Below, one piece after another: positions 18,093 through 28,705 of a stretch of 35,305 bases of DNA. How positions within the stretch are numbered: position 1 is the first letter of the stretch; every line of letters starts with the position of its first letter. Source of the DNA: a virus (Duplodnaviria; Caudoviricetes). Both the position numbers and the translations under genes were made by a program. The notes beneath the pieces were generated by a model, which was not told the DNA's origin, searched no databases, and saw only the letters and a list, made by a program, of their open reading frames with translations. The DNA lies in the IMG/VR virus record IMGVR_UViG_3300012952_000054, positions 1 through 35,305 of that record. One strand, given 5' to 3'.

Positions 18093-19718
18093 ATGGCAGC
18101 AATTGTAACAGATCAATTTAGAATTAATAATGCTAGTAATTTTTTGGGGGATATTAATGATACCTCAAACTCGTATTATGTGTTTGTAGGTCTATCGAAT
18201 CCTGGTATAAGTAATGCTTTTGGTAGAGCAAGTAGTGATGCTAATTGGAACGCTGATGGTACTAGACCAAATCCTACTGACAATATTAATTACTTAAATC
18301 ATAGTAAAGATACTATGATTTTTGGTAGGAAAATTAATATTGATAATGCCAGAAGAGTTATTAGAAAACAAACTTGGGCTAAAGGCACTCAATATGAAAT
18401 ATATCGGCACGATTATAGTGTTAATAATTTATCTCCAAAAACAAAATCTTCTAGATTATATGATGCAAAATATTATGTAATTAATAAAGATTTTAATGTC
18501 TATGTTTGTATTGACAATGCTTCTAGTGGAATTAACACTGAAGGAAATTTATCACAAAATGAACCTTTATTCACAGGAGTAGAACCATCTGCTGCTTCAG
18601 GAGATACTGATGATGGATATATTTGGAAGTACTTATTTACGGTTGCTCCAAGCGACATTATAAAATTTGATGCAACTGAGTATATTCCTTTACCAAATAA
18701 TTGGTCAACATCTACAGAAGCTCAAATAGAATCTGTTAGAGATAGTGGAAATTCTGATATTAATAATAATCAGATTAAAAAAGTATATATTGAAGATCAA
18801 GGTAATGGATATGGTGGTTCAACAGGACAAGAATTTCCTATTGTTGGTGATGGAAGTGGTGGAAAGGTTATTGTTGATGTTATTGGTACTAAGATAACAA
18901 ATACTCAGATTTCTGTTGGTGGTCAAGGATATACTTATGGTATGGTTGATTTAACTAATATTTCAACTGGTGTACCTGCTGGAACAAAAGCAAAGTTAAT
19001 TCCAATTATACCTCCTTCAAAGGGACATGGGTATGATTTATATAAAGAATTGGGTGCAGATAGGGTTTTAATTTATGCTAGATTTGACGATTCTACTAAA
19101 GATTTTCCAATAGATTCTAAATTTGCACAAATTGGAATAGTTAAGAATCCAACTTCAATTGGTTCGACATCAATATACACTCAAAACCAATTTTCTTCAG
19201 TATCATCATTATATTTAAGTGCATATACTGCTGTTCCTACAGTAGGTCAAATAATTGAACAAGATGTTAAATCTGGTGGTGTGACAATTGGTAAAGCAAG
19301 AGCTTATGTTGCTTCATTTGATGTTATTTCAGATACTGATAAGATTGCTGTTATGAAATATTATCAAGATAGATCTTTATATTTTAATCAGACAACTGGT
19401 GATCAAACTGATAGGGGATCTATTAGTGAACTTGGAGATACTACTGGAAAAATTTATAATTTCCAATCTACTGGTATAGAAGGTGATGTTAAAGTACAAG
19501 GTACGACAAATACTTATACTATAGATACTTCTTTTTCTGGTATTACTACTAATCCAACTGGTAATAAGGTTATTGAACTTGGAGTTGAATTTGAAAAAGG
19601 TATTTCTTCATCTGAGATAAATAATCAGTCGGGTGATATTATCTATTTGGATAATAGATCATTAATCACTAGAGATAAAAGACAAAAAGAAGACATTAAA
19701 GTAATCCTGGAATTCTAA
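18093..19718 (+). CDS. gp8: Baseplate wedge subunit gp8
   Basis: MAAIVTDQFRI, YYVFVG, VYVCIDN, DGYIWKYLFTV, C-terminal SGDIIYLDNR..ITR...QKEDIKVILEF. Confidence 0.92.
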   Translation: MAAIVTDQFRINNASNFLGDINDTSNSYYVFVGLSNPGISNAFGRASSDANWNADGTRPNPTDNINYLNHSKDTMIFGRKINIDNARRVIRKQTWAKGTQYEIYRHDYSVNNLSPKTKSSRLYDAKYYVINKDFNVYVCIDNASSGINTEGNLSQNEPLFTGVEPSAASGDTDDGYIWKYLFTVAPSDIIKFDATEYIPLPNNWSTSTEAQIESVRDSGNSDINNNQIKKVYIEDQGNGYGGSTGQEFPIVGDGSGGKVIVDVIGTKITNTQISVGGQGYTYGMVDLTNISTGVPAGTKAKLIPIIPPSKGHGYDLYKELGADRVLIYARFDDSTKDFPIDSKFAQIGIVKNPTSIGSTSIYTQNQFSSVSSLYLSAYTAVPTVGQIIEQDVKSGGVTIGKARAYVASFDVISDTDKIAVMKYYQDRSLYFNQTTGDQTDRGSISELGDTTGKIYNFQSTGIEGDVKVQGTTNTYTIDTSFSGITTNPTGNKVIELGVEFEKGISSSEINNQSGDIIYLDNRSLITRDKRQKEDIKVILEF

Positions 19719-19721
19719 AAA

Positions 19722-22700
19722 ATGCCACAGAAAACAAATTTAAATATAAACCCATACTATGATGATTTTAGTAAAGATAATAATTTTCATAGGGTTTTAT
19801 TCAGACCAGGAAGACCTGTTCAAGCAAGAGAATTAACGACTTTACAGTCAATATTACAAAATCAGATTGACACTTTTGGAAGACATATCTTTAAAGAGGG
19901 ATCTATGGTTATCCCTGGTAATGTTGATTATGATAATGAATATTTTTCAGTAAAATTAGATTCTGAACATCTTGGACTTCCAGTATCATTGTATATTGAT
20001 AAGTTAAAAGGAACAAAATTAAAAGGACAAAATTCTGGTATTGAAGTATTAGTTACTGATTATAAATTACCTTCAGATTCGGATGATATAACTGATGTAA
20101 CATTATTCATTAAATATCTTAGTGCAAATGATGATAATATAGATTCTAAGTTAATTGATGCAGAATCTTTATTGGCTCAACAAAGTATAACTTACGGAAA
20201 TACAACTATTGATGTTGGAGAAAGTGTAGCTAATTTAATATCATCAGATGCTACTTTTACTGGTAGTGCAGTACATATTGCAGAAGGAGTTTATTTTATT
20301 AGAGGTAATTTTGTAAATGTTTCTGCGGATACTATAATCCTAGATCCATATGCAAATAATCCATCATATAGAGTAGGATTGAATATTTTAGAATCAATTA
20401 TTACTGCAAAAGAAGATAATTCTTTGTATGATAATGCTAGGGGATTTTCTAACTATGCTGCACCAGGAGCAGATAGATTAAAAATTACCACTACATTAGC
20501 TAAAAAAGATTTGAATGATTTCAATGATGGTAGTTTTATTGAAATTGTTAAATTAAGTAAGGGTGACGTTAAAAAAATACAAGACACTAGTGTTTACAGT
20601 CAAATTGCAAAAGAATTTGCTAGAAGAACTTTTGAAGAATCTGGTAATTATTCTATTGGCAATTTCAATGTTAATGTCTCTGAATCTTTAAATGACAATA
20701 TTTCAAATGAAGGTATTTTCCAACCAAATCAAACTACTGAACAAGGAAATACACCATCAGATGATTTAGCATGTGTAGAAATTGAGTCTGGTAAAGCATA
20801 TATTAAAGGATATAGAGTTGATAGAGATGGAACTACAATTGTAGATATACCAAAATCAAGAGATACTGAAACAATAGAAAAATCAAAAATTAAATTTGAT
20901 ATGGGAACTCTAATTAGAGTTAATAATGTTTCAGGAACTCCTTTAATAGAAGTTGCTAATTCTAATAATAATATTGTTAAATTATATGATTTAAGAAAAA
21001 CTACAGGGGTGCTAGATGCTAAACCTACTGATGCTATTGAGATCGGTCAAGCAAGAGTATATTCATTTGGATTAACAAATAGTCCATATATTAATAGTGG
21101 TAGTGAATGGGATTTGAGATTATTTGATATACAAACATATACAAAATTACAGTTAAATCTTGCATTAACATCTACTGAATGTCCTATCAGTACCTTTATT
21201 AGAGGTGCAAATAGTGGTGCAAGTGGATATGTTGTTTCATTATCTGGTAGAGTAGCTACACTTTCTCAAACATCAGGAAACTTTATTAGTGGTGAGAAAG
21301 TATCAATTAATGAAACTGACGAATATTCTAGAACTGTGGATAGTATCACTGTTTATGGTGCTAGAGATATAAAATCAGTATATCAAGATAGTACTGCTCT
21401 TGGACTTAAAAAGGATTTTACAGCAGATACTGTATTAAAAGAGGTTCCATTATTTACTGGTAGTATTGAAGTCGCTCCTGATGGAACTGACATGGCAGGA
21501 ACAATTAAATCTAATGGTAATACTTTTACTGGAGTTAAAGTAGGATCAATAGTTAAATATCAGTCTGGAGATTTTTCAGCACCTACTAAATTTAGTACAT
21601 CCGCAAATTTCAATAGAGTTACTGCAATTTCTGCAGATTTAAGTGAAATTAGTGTTTCTGGTATTGGTAGTGTTGTAGGAGTATGTACTGGTTTTGTTGG
21701 AGTAGCTACAGGTAGTGGTATAAGTCTTGTAGCTCCAGAAATACTTAATAATCAAACAGGAGGTCTTTATACTCCTATTGATATTCCTAATGTTTCAAAT
21801 TTAAATTTATCAAATTCTGAATTAGCAGTTACTACTCAAATTATAGATGAAACTACAGATAATACTGGAAAATTAACAGCATCTGTATCAAATATTACAG
21901 GTATAACTAGTTGTTTATTTACCGATTTTGATACTGAAAAATACTCTGTAATTTATGCTGATGGAACTGTAGAACCATTAACTAGTGATCAAGTTACATT
22001 TTTAAATGGATTTACTGATATACAAATTGAAGGATTAAAAACTAGCCAAAATAATAATGTTACTGTTAATGTAACAGTTGAAAAGCAAGTTATTAAAGAG
22101 AAAGTAAAACAATTTAATAGAAGTAATCAACTTATAGTTGATAAAACAAATTCTGGAATATCAACTACTATTACTGGATTATCAACAAGTAAATTTTATG
22201 GTTTAAGGGTAGAAGATAAAGAAATATCTTTAAATGTACCTGATGTATATAAAATCTGTGGTATTTTTGAGTCTAAAGATGCTTCAAATCCAACTCTAGA
22301 TAAATTAGGATTTGTATCTGGATTGGCATTAGATACAAATGTAGTTATTGGTGAAAAAATTATAGGAAATGATACTACTGCAATTGCTCAAGTTGTAAAT
22401 GTACCATCTCCAACAGAAGTAGAAATTGTATATTTAAATAGTAATATTTTTACTCCAGGTGAAGTAGTTACTTTCCAGGAATCTAATATTAATACTACAT
22501 TACAATCAATATCTTTAGGTAATAATTTAAATATTACAAATAATTATTCTTTAGATACTGGTAATAGAGAGCAATATTGTGATTATTCTAGAATAGTTAG
22601 AATAGGAAATCGTCCTGCACCAACTAAAAAGATATTAGTAGTTTATGATTATTATAAAGTACCTACTGATGATACTGGAGATGTATTTACTGTAAATTCA

Positions 22701-25700
22701 TATAGTAAAGATAGATATTCTAAACATGTTCCAATATTAGCAAATGGTGTAAGAGCATCTGATACTCTTGATTTTAGACCTAGAGTACCTGAATTTAGTG
22801 CTAATGATAAATCTCCATTTGCATTTACAAGTAGAGATTTTATAAGTGGAAATGGAACTACACCATCTTTAGTTGTATCAACTGAAGAAACATCAGAAAT
22901 TGGTCTTACTTATTATCTACCAAGAATTGACAAATTAATTCTTGGTTTAGAAAAAGATAGTGATGGAAATACTAGTGGAAAATTTTCATTAATAAATGGT
23001 GCTTCATCATTAAATCCTAAAGAACCAGAATTAATTGATGATGCAATGCATATTGCATCAATTCATCTTCCTGCATATCTATATGATGCTAGAGATGCAA
23101 AAATATCTCTTATTGATAATAAGAGATATACAATGAGAGATATTGGAAAATTAGATGATAGATTGACTAATTTAGAGACAGTAACAAGTTTATCTTTACT
23201 TGAATTGGATACTAAATCTTTTCAAGTTCAAGATGCTGATGGTTTTGATAGATTTAAAACTGGTTTCTTTGTAGATGATTTTAAAGATTCTTCTAGAATG
23301 GATGCGGATAATCCAGATCATAAAATAGACATTGATCCTTCGAGACAAGAAATGCTTGTCCCTATAGATAGAGCTACTTTTAAACCAGAATTAGGTGTTG
23401 CAGAATCATTTGATGTTGGTACATGTGATTTTTCTCAAAATCTAGACTTGCTAGATTTAAATGTACAAAAAACAGGTGAGTTAGTAACATTAAAATATAC
23501 TGAAGAGGAATCTATTAAGAATGCTTTTGCAAGTCATATAGAGAACGTAAACCCATTTACAGTTGTTAGATATACTTGCGATATTAAACTAACTCCACAA
23601 TCTGACAATTGGACTAGAACTATTCCTTCTGTAATACGTGACACAAGAGTTGTATGGGGTGATTATAATGGAGAATTACCTCCTGATGATATACTTATTG
23701 GAACAAGACCAGATGATCATATAAGATCTAGAAATGTTGGATTTAATGCTGTTGGTTTGAAACCAAAAATAAGATATTATCCATTTTTTGATGGAAGAAG
23801 TGGTATTGATATAGTTCCAAAATTAATTAAAATAAGAATGATTTCTGGATCATTTCAAATTGATGAAACTATTAGAGGTTATGGTTTTAATAGTTCTACT
23901 GTTCCTAATATTACATTTAGAGCTGCACAACCAAATCATAAAACAGGTGCATATAATAATCCAGAGACATTCTACTATGCTAATCCATATGATCCAACAG
24001 TGGATATATCATCATTATATACTGAATCATCTACAATATTAAATGTAGATATTGCATCATTATGTGAAGATGCTCAAGGAGATTATCATGGAAGAGTTTC
24101 TATGGGAATGCGATTTAAAGGAGAATCAAGTGGGGCAACAGCAGTATTAGATTATAGTGTAGAAGCAGGAAATCCAGTTCAATTAATTTCTGATAGTTTT
24201 GGTGCTTTATCTGGATCATTCTTTATTAGAGAACCTAATTTAGATCCACCACCACCATTAAGATTTCCTAATGGTACGTGTACATTTAAATTAACATCAT
24301 CTAGCACTAATCAAATTTTATCTCCTGTTGATAGTGGAGGAAGTGTTACTCAAGGAGAAGCAGAATATCGTACCACTGGTACTATAAGAATTGTTGATAG
24401 AACTCCAGTGGTGGTTCGTATTCCGCCCCCACCACCTAAACATGATGACCCATTAGCTCAGTCATTTACTACTGGTCCTGATGGAATGTTTGCATCATCT
24501 GTAGATGTATATTTTGCAGAAAAAGATGAATTCCAACCAATAACTTGCGAAATAGTAACTGTTGAACTTGGAACTCCAACAAATCAAGTATTGCAGGGGT
24601 ATGCTCAGGTTCAATTAGATCCTCAAGCATTGGATTCTACTGGAACTTCTATTATTAAAACTTCTTTAGATGCTTCTATAGCAACTAATATTAAATTCCC
24701 ATCACCAGTTTATTTGGAACCAAATACTGAATATGCTTTGGTTCTTAGAGCAGGTTCTAGTAATGCTTATAAAGTTTGGTGTGCTAGAATGGGTGAACCT
24801 ACTATTGAAACTAGAGATCTTGATGCAGCAAGTCAATCTATCATTGGAGATCAGTATATTGGAGGAAGTTTATTTAAGTCTCAGAATGCGACTATATGGA
24901 CTCCTAGCCAATTTGAAGATCTTAAATTTACATTATATCAATGTAATTTTGATACATCAGGTAGAAAAGGAACATTAACATTATATAATCCTTCTCTAGA
25001 GTATAAAAATGTTAACTTTAAGACTGGTACGAATGCTATAGAAACATTCCCAAGAAAATTAAAAGTTGGTATTACTCTTAATGATAAGGCAAATTTATTG
25101 AATATTTTAACTCCTGGAAGAGAAATGTCTGCCTCTGCATCAGGATCTCCTGCAGTTTCTGTAGATGCAACAGGTCTTATTGAGCAAATTGGTGGTCCAA
25201 TTAATAAACTATCTGCTGCAAATGCTGGTATAGGAACTACTAATGGTGGTTCTGGTTACGGTGGATCTACTCATAACGGTGTTCCATTATTTACAATAAC
25301 AGGTAATGGTTCTGGTGCTACTGGAAATGTAACAGTATCAAATGGTAAGGTTACTAATGTTGCTATAGCAAATACTGGTTCTGGGTATGTAATTGGAGAT
25401 GTTTTGGGAATTACTACCGCATCTTTAACAGCACCTAATAAAAAAGGAACTGGTGCTGAAATAACAATAGATGATGTTTGGGGTGTAGATACATTATACT
25501 TATCAAATGTTAAAGGTGAAAAATTCACCACTAATAATTATTTGGTATATACTGCTAATGATGGAACAACTTCAACAGGAGCAGCAACAACCGTTGTAAC
25601 AAGTTCTACTGTTAATGGTAGTCTTTATGAAGGCAATATTATTAAAGTTGATCAATATAATCATGGATTAACTTCAGATAATAATAAAGTTATTTTAAGT

Positions 25701-26957
25701 AATATTGAACCTGACACAATCCCAACAACTTTAACTGCAGACCTTAGTTTAACTGGTACTACAATTTCTGTTGCTAGTACTGCGACATTTGCAAATTTTG
25801 AAGGTATTACAACATCTAGAGGTTATGCAAAAGTTGGTAATGAAATAATATTCTATGATGGTATTGGATCTGGAACTCTTACTATATCCCAAAGATCTTT
25901 TGGTGATACAGTTCAAGATACTCATTTTAATGGAGATACTATTTCTGCATATCAGTTTAATAATATCTCATTAACAGGTATTAATACTACTCATGATATG
26001 ATTACTTTACCTAATGCATTGAACGATCTTAAGACAATAGATAGTTATTATATTACTGCATCAAGAACTGGAAGAACCAATCTTCCAGATAGAAATGCTG
26101 GTAAAGAGCAACTAAGTTTTGTGGAAAATAGTTTTGGTGGTGGAGACTATATATTGTCTACCCAAAACCATCAATATAATACATTTATTCCTTCCTTTAA
26201 TGTTCTGGTTCCTGGAACAGAAACAACTTTAACTGGACAGTTAAGGTCTATATCTGGAACTAGTGCTGGTGGAACAGAAGTTTCATATATTGATCAAGGA
26301 TTTGAATCTGTCAATTTTAATCAAATTAACAGATTATCTTCTCCTCGTATATTATGTTCAAGGGTTAATGAAACTACTAAATTAACTAGTTTACCTAGAA
26401 ATAAATCAGTTACTTTAAATGTTAATTTTTCAACTACTAATCCTCTTTTATCTCCAGTATTAGATCTTGATAATGGAGCATTTAGGTTATGGAGAAATAG
26501 GTTAAATGATCCAGTATCAGATTATGCTAATGATTCTAGATCAAATGCATTAACTGGCGATCCACATGCATCATGTTATATCTCTCAAGTGGTTAATTTG
26601 AAACAACCAGCAACTTCATTAAAACTTATAGTTGGTGCATATAGACATATATCCGCAGACTTTAGAGTTTTATATAGATTACTAAAACCAGATTCAAGTG
26701 AAGTTGTAGAATCATACAACCTATTCCCTGGATATAATAATCTTAACGAGAAAGGTGAAATTATTGATTCTAATTTAAATGACGGAAGACCTGATGTTCT
26801 TGTTCCTGCAAGTTTGTTAAATGAATTTAAAGATTATGAATTTACTATTAATGATGAGGATGAATTTACTGGATTCCAAATCAAGATAGTTATGAGTGGA
26901 GATAATGAGGCATTTCCTCCTAAATTTAAAGATTTAAGAGCAATTGCTTTAGCATAA
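19722..26957 (+). CDS. VrlC-like (DUF4815-type) large virion structural protein, 2411 aa
   Basis: N-terminal NINPYYDDF...RVLFRPG.PVQARELT.LQSILQNQ; APGADRLKI, ARRTFEESGNY, RYTMRDIG, RFKTGFFVDDF, DPLAQSF; C-terminal DLRAIALA. Confidence 0.88.
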   Translation: MPQKTNLNINPYYDDFSKDNNFHRVLFRPGRPVQARELTTLQSILQNQIDTFGRHIFKEGSMVIPGNVDYDNEYFSVKLDSEHLGLPVSLYIDKLKGTKLKGQNSGIEVLVTDYKLPSDSDDITDVTLFIKYLSANDDNIDSKLIDAESLLAQQSITYGNTTIDVGESVANLISSDATFTGSAVHIAEGVYFIRGNFVNVSADTIILDPYANNPSYRVGLNILESIITAKEDNSLYDNARGFSNYAAPGADRLKITTTLAKKDLNDFNDGSFIEIVKLSKGDVKKIQDTSVYSQIAKEFARRTFEESGNYSIGNFNVNVSESLNDNISNEGIFQPNQTTEQGNTPSDDLACVEIESGKAYIKGYRVDRDGTTIVDIPKSRDTETIEKSKIKFDMGTLIRVNNVSGTPLIEVANSNNNIVKLYDLRKTTGVLDAKPTDAIEIGQARVYSFGLTNSPYINSGSEWDLRLFDIQTYTKLQLNLALTSTECPISTFIRGANSGASGYVVSLSGRVATLSQTSGNFISGEKVSINETDEYSRTVDSITVYGARDIKSVYQDSTALGLKKDFTADTVLKEVPLFTGSIEVAPDGTDMAGTIKSNGNTFTGVKVGSIVKYQSGDFSAPTKFSTSANFNRVTAISADLSEISVSGIGSVVGVCTGFVGVATGSGISLVAPEILNNQTGGLYTPIDIPNVSNLNLSNSELAVTTQIIDETTDNTGKLTASVSNITGITSCLFTDFDTEKYSVIYADGTVEPLTSDQVTFLNGFTDIQIEGLKTSQNNNVTVNVTVEKQVIKEKVKQFNRSNQLIVDKTNSGISTTITGLSTSKFYGLRVEDKEISLNVPDVYKICGIFESKDASNPTLDKLGFVSGLALDTNVVIGEKIIGNDTTAIAQVVNVPSPTEVEIVYLNSNIFTPGEVVTFQESNINTTLQSISLGNNLNITNNYSLDTGNREQYCDYSRIVRIGNRPAPTKKILVVYDYYKVPTDDTGDVFTVNSYSKDRYSKHVPILANGVRASDTLDFRPRVPEFSANDKSPFAFTSRDFISGNGTTPSLVVSTEETSEIGLTYYLPRIDKLILGLEKDSDGNTSGKFSLINGASSLNPKEPELIDDAMHIASIHLPAYLYDARDAKISLIDNKRYTMRDIGKLDDRLTNLETVTSLSLLELDTKSFQVQDADGFDRFKTGFFVDDFKDSSRMDADNPDHKIDIDPSRQEMLVPIDRATFKPELGVAESFDVGTCDFSQNLDLLDLNVQKTGELVTLKYTEEESIKNAFASHIENVNPFTVVRYTCDIKLTPQSDNWTRTIPSVIRDTRVVWGDYNGELPPDDILIGTRPDDHIRSRNVGFNAVGLKPKIRYYPFFDGRSGIDIVPKLIKIRMISGSFQIDETIRGYGFNSSTVPNITFRAAQPNHKTGAYNNPETFYYANPYDPTVDISSLYTESSTILNVDIASLCEDAQGDYHGRVSMGMRFKGESSGATAVLDYSVEAGNPVQLISDSFGALSGSFFIREPNLDPPPPLRFPNGTCTFKLTSSSTNQILSPVDSGGSVTQGEAEYRTTGTIRIVDRTPVVVRIPPPPPKHDDPLAQSFTTGPDGMFASSVDVYFAEKDEFQPITCEIVTVELGTPTNQVLQGYAQVQLDPQALDSTGTSIIKTSLDASIATNIKFPSPVYLEPNTEYALVLRAGSSNAYKVWCARMGEPTIETRDLDAASQSIIGDQYIGGSLFKSQNATIWTPSQFEDLKFTLYQCNFDTSGRKGTLTLYNPSLEYKNVNFKTGTNAIETFPRKLKVGITLNDKANLLNILTPGREMSASASGSPAVSVDATGLIEQIGGPINKLSAANAGIGTTNGGSGYGGSTHNGVPLFTITGNGSGATGNVTVSNGKVTNVAIANTGSGYVIGDVLGITTASLTAPNKKGTGAEITIDDVWGVDTLYLSNVKGEKFTTNNYLVYTANDGTTSTGAATTVVTSSTVNGSLYEGNIIKVDQYNHGLTSDNNKVILSNIEPDTIPTTLTADLSLTGTTISVASTATFANFEGITTSRGYAKVGNEIIFYDGIGSGTLTISQRSFGDTVQDTHFNGDTISAYQFNNISLTGINTTHDMITLPNALNDLKTIDSYYITASRTGRTNLPDRNAGKEQLSFVENSFGGGDYILSTQNHQYNTFIPSFNVLVPGTETTLTGQLRSISGTSAGGTEVSYIDQGFESVNFNQINRLSSPRILCSRVNETTKLTSLPRNKSVTLNVNFSTTNPLLSPVLDLDNGAFRLWRNRLNDPVSDYANDSRSNALTGDPHASCYISQVVNLKQPATSLKLIVGAYRHISADFRVLYRLLKPDSSEVVESYNLFPGYNNLNEKGEIIDSNLNDGRPDVLVPASLLNEFKDYEFTINDEDEFTGFQIKIVMSGDNEAFPPKFKDLRAIALA

Positions 26958-27157
26958 TGTTATCTGTTGAAGGTCATAAAAATCTTTATAGAGATGAAAA
27001 ATCTGGAGCAATTGTAAATTGCGATGATCGTTCTTATTCTTCATATATTAATATGAGGAATAAGAAAAAGTATGAAAAAGAAGAATTGAAAAGATTACGG
27101 TCTGATATAGATGAAATAAAATCTATGTTACATGAAGTGTTAAATAAAAGATTATAA
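26957..27157 (+). CDS. Small conserved protein with a C-terminal coiled coil, coupled to the VrlC-like gene
   Basis: TAATG overlap; VEGH.NLYRDE.SGAIVN plus heptad-like ELKRLRSDIDEIKSML. Confidence 0.8.
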   Translation: MLSVEGHKNLYRDEKSGAIVNCDDRSYSSYINMRNKKKYEKEELKRLRSDIDEIKSMLHEVLNKRL

Positions 27158-27160
27158 ATA
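27153..27160 (+). promoter_or_regulatory. T4-type late promoter TATAAATA overlapping a stop codon
   Basis: Exact match, 22 nt upstream of ATG 27183. Confidence 0.8.
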
Positions 27161-27182
27161 TTTAAAAGTATATTAAGTAATA

Positions 27183-27521
27183 ATGGCAGTATATGTATCT
27201 AACATAGTAATTGAGCAAGGATTTGATTTTGATACATCCTTTCAACTAGAGGATACTCGTTCTAATGCATTTTTGAATCTCACTGGAGCATCTACATCAG
27301 GAATGCTTAGAAAGCACTCTTCAAGTGCCAATCCAGTTTCCTTTGCAACTACTGTCACTTCCCCAGAACAAGGAATTATATCCATATCTTTAACTGCTGC
27401 GACAACAGTTAGTATAAAACCAGGAAGATATGTATATGATGTAAAACTGAGTACTGCAGAAGGTGGTGAATATAAAGCTATTGAAGGTTCAGCACTAGTA
27501 CGAGGTGGAGTAACAAGGTAA
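27183..27521 (+). CDS. Small virion structural protein (BppU-N-like beta-sandwich, tentative)
   Basis: 112 aa; NIVIEQG.DF, LNLTG, G.ISISLTA..T..IKPGRYVYDV, EG.A.V..GVTR; has its own late promoter. Confidence 0.7.
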   Translation: MAVYVSNIVIEQGFDFDTSFQLEDTRSNAFLNLTGASTSGMLRKHSSSANPVSFATTVTSPEQGIISISLTAATTVSIKPGRYVYDVKLSTAEGGEYKAIEGSALVRGGVTR

Positions 27522-28705
27522 TGCCAAATATAAACGACAGAATTGGGTCACAAAATGTAATTAGGGTATTATCTAATGCATCAGCACCTCCAACAAGATT
27601 AGTTAACTTAAGTGATGTTAATTCATCACGTAAAAGTGAAAATGGGATGGTTCTAATATGGAACTCATCATCCGAATCATTTGTAATGTCGGATCAATAT
27701 ACTTCATCAAATTTTATTGTATCTGGAATTACTACTTTTAATAATGCAACAGATTCTATTAGCAATACAACAGGTTCAGTAGTAACTGCTGGTGGTCTTG
27801 GGGTTGCTAAAGGTTTAAATGTTGGTGGTAGGTCTGTTTTTGCAGGAATATCAACCTTTAATGGTTCTTTACTTGATATTAATGGTGAAGTAAATATATT
27901 AAAAAGTTTAATATTACAAGAAAATCTTAATGTAACTGGTGTTACTACACTTGCAGGTATTGTAACAACTGGTGGAGATTTATATGTTGGTGGAGATTTA
28001 TATGTTAGTGATGATGTTGTATATGATGAAATTAATGGTAGAAATCTTAATGTAACTGGTGTTGGTACTATTGCTAATTTAGACATTAGTGGAGATGTAC
28101 AAGTCTCTGGTATGTTAACGGTTGGATCATCTAGTATAACATTTGATGGTGAGAATGATATTATAAATGTTGGTACTGGATTAACTCTTAGTTCTGTAGA
28201 AGGAATTTCTGCTACTGGGGCATTAAATGTATCTGGTCTTGGTACAATATCTGGTGGACTGAATGCAACACTTCTTACTCCAGTTCAAACTAATATTACA
28301 TCACTTGGAACTTTAACTGTACTTGATGTAAATGGTAATTTGAATCTTACTGGTGCATCATATAATGCTAGTTGGATTAAAGCATCAAATCTCTTTAGAT
28401 TGACTGATAATGCTAAAGCTACATTCGGAACTTCTGACGATTTGCAAATATTTCATGATGGTAGTTCCAGTTATATAAAGGATGTTGGTATTGGCGATCT
28501 TAGAATTCAAGGTGCTGCTGATGTTGTAATTGAAAATACATCTGGTGCAAATAGTGCTGTATTTAATACGGATGGAAGTGTAGAATTATATTGGAGAGGT
28601 AGTGGTGCTGGTAAGAAACTTGAAACTACTCAAACAGGTGCAGTAGTAACAGGTATTTTAACTGCTACCGAATTATCTGGAGCAATTGATGGAGGATCGT
28701 ATTAA
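27521..28705 (+). CDS. Short fibre protein (collar/neck or tail fibre), 394 aa
   Basis: Gly/Thr/Val-rich beta repeats (LNVTGV, GGDLYV); marine-phage fibre module DNAKATFG..DDLQIFHDG..SYI; terminal IDGGSY. It sits where T4 has wac, directly before gp13. Confidence 0.72.
   Translation: MPNINDRIGSQNVIRVLSNASAPPTRLVNLSDVNSSRKSENGMVLIWNSSSESFVMSDQYTSSNFIVSGITTFNNATDSISNTTGSVVTAGGLGVAKGLNVGGRSVFAGISTFNGSLLDINGEVNILKSLILQENLNVTGVTTLAGIVTTGGDLYVGGDLYVSDDVVYDEINGRNLNVTGVGTIANLDISGDVQVSGMLTVGSSSITFDGENDIINVGTGLTLSSVEGISATGALNVSGLGTISGGLNATLLTPVQTNITSLGTLTVLDVNGNLNLTGASYNASWIKASNLFRLTDNAKATFGTSDDLQIFHDGSSSYIKDVGIGDLRIQGAADVVIENTSGANSAVFNTDGSVELYWRGSGAGKKLETTQTGAVVTGILTATELSGAIDGGSY
27922..28063 (+). 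repeat. 22-bp exact direct repeat 120 bp apart, enclosing an 18-bp tandem duplication
   Basis: AAATCTTAATGTAACTGGTGTT at 27922-27943 and 28042-28063; GGTGGAGATTTATATGTT twice at 27971-28006. Confidence 0.9.

Noticed and set aside
24420-24440. C-rich run encoding PPPPP as a possible slippage site
   Set aside because: Mixed Pro codons (CCG CCC CCA CCA CCT) in an intact frame just before DPLAQSF; best read as a linker.
19722-28705. No recognisable T4 gp9-gp12 or wac between gp8 and gp13
   Set aside because: Replacement by VrlC-like and fibre genes is the usual cyanomyovirus layout, so it is not novel.
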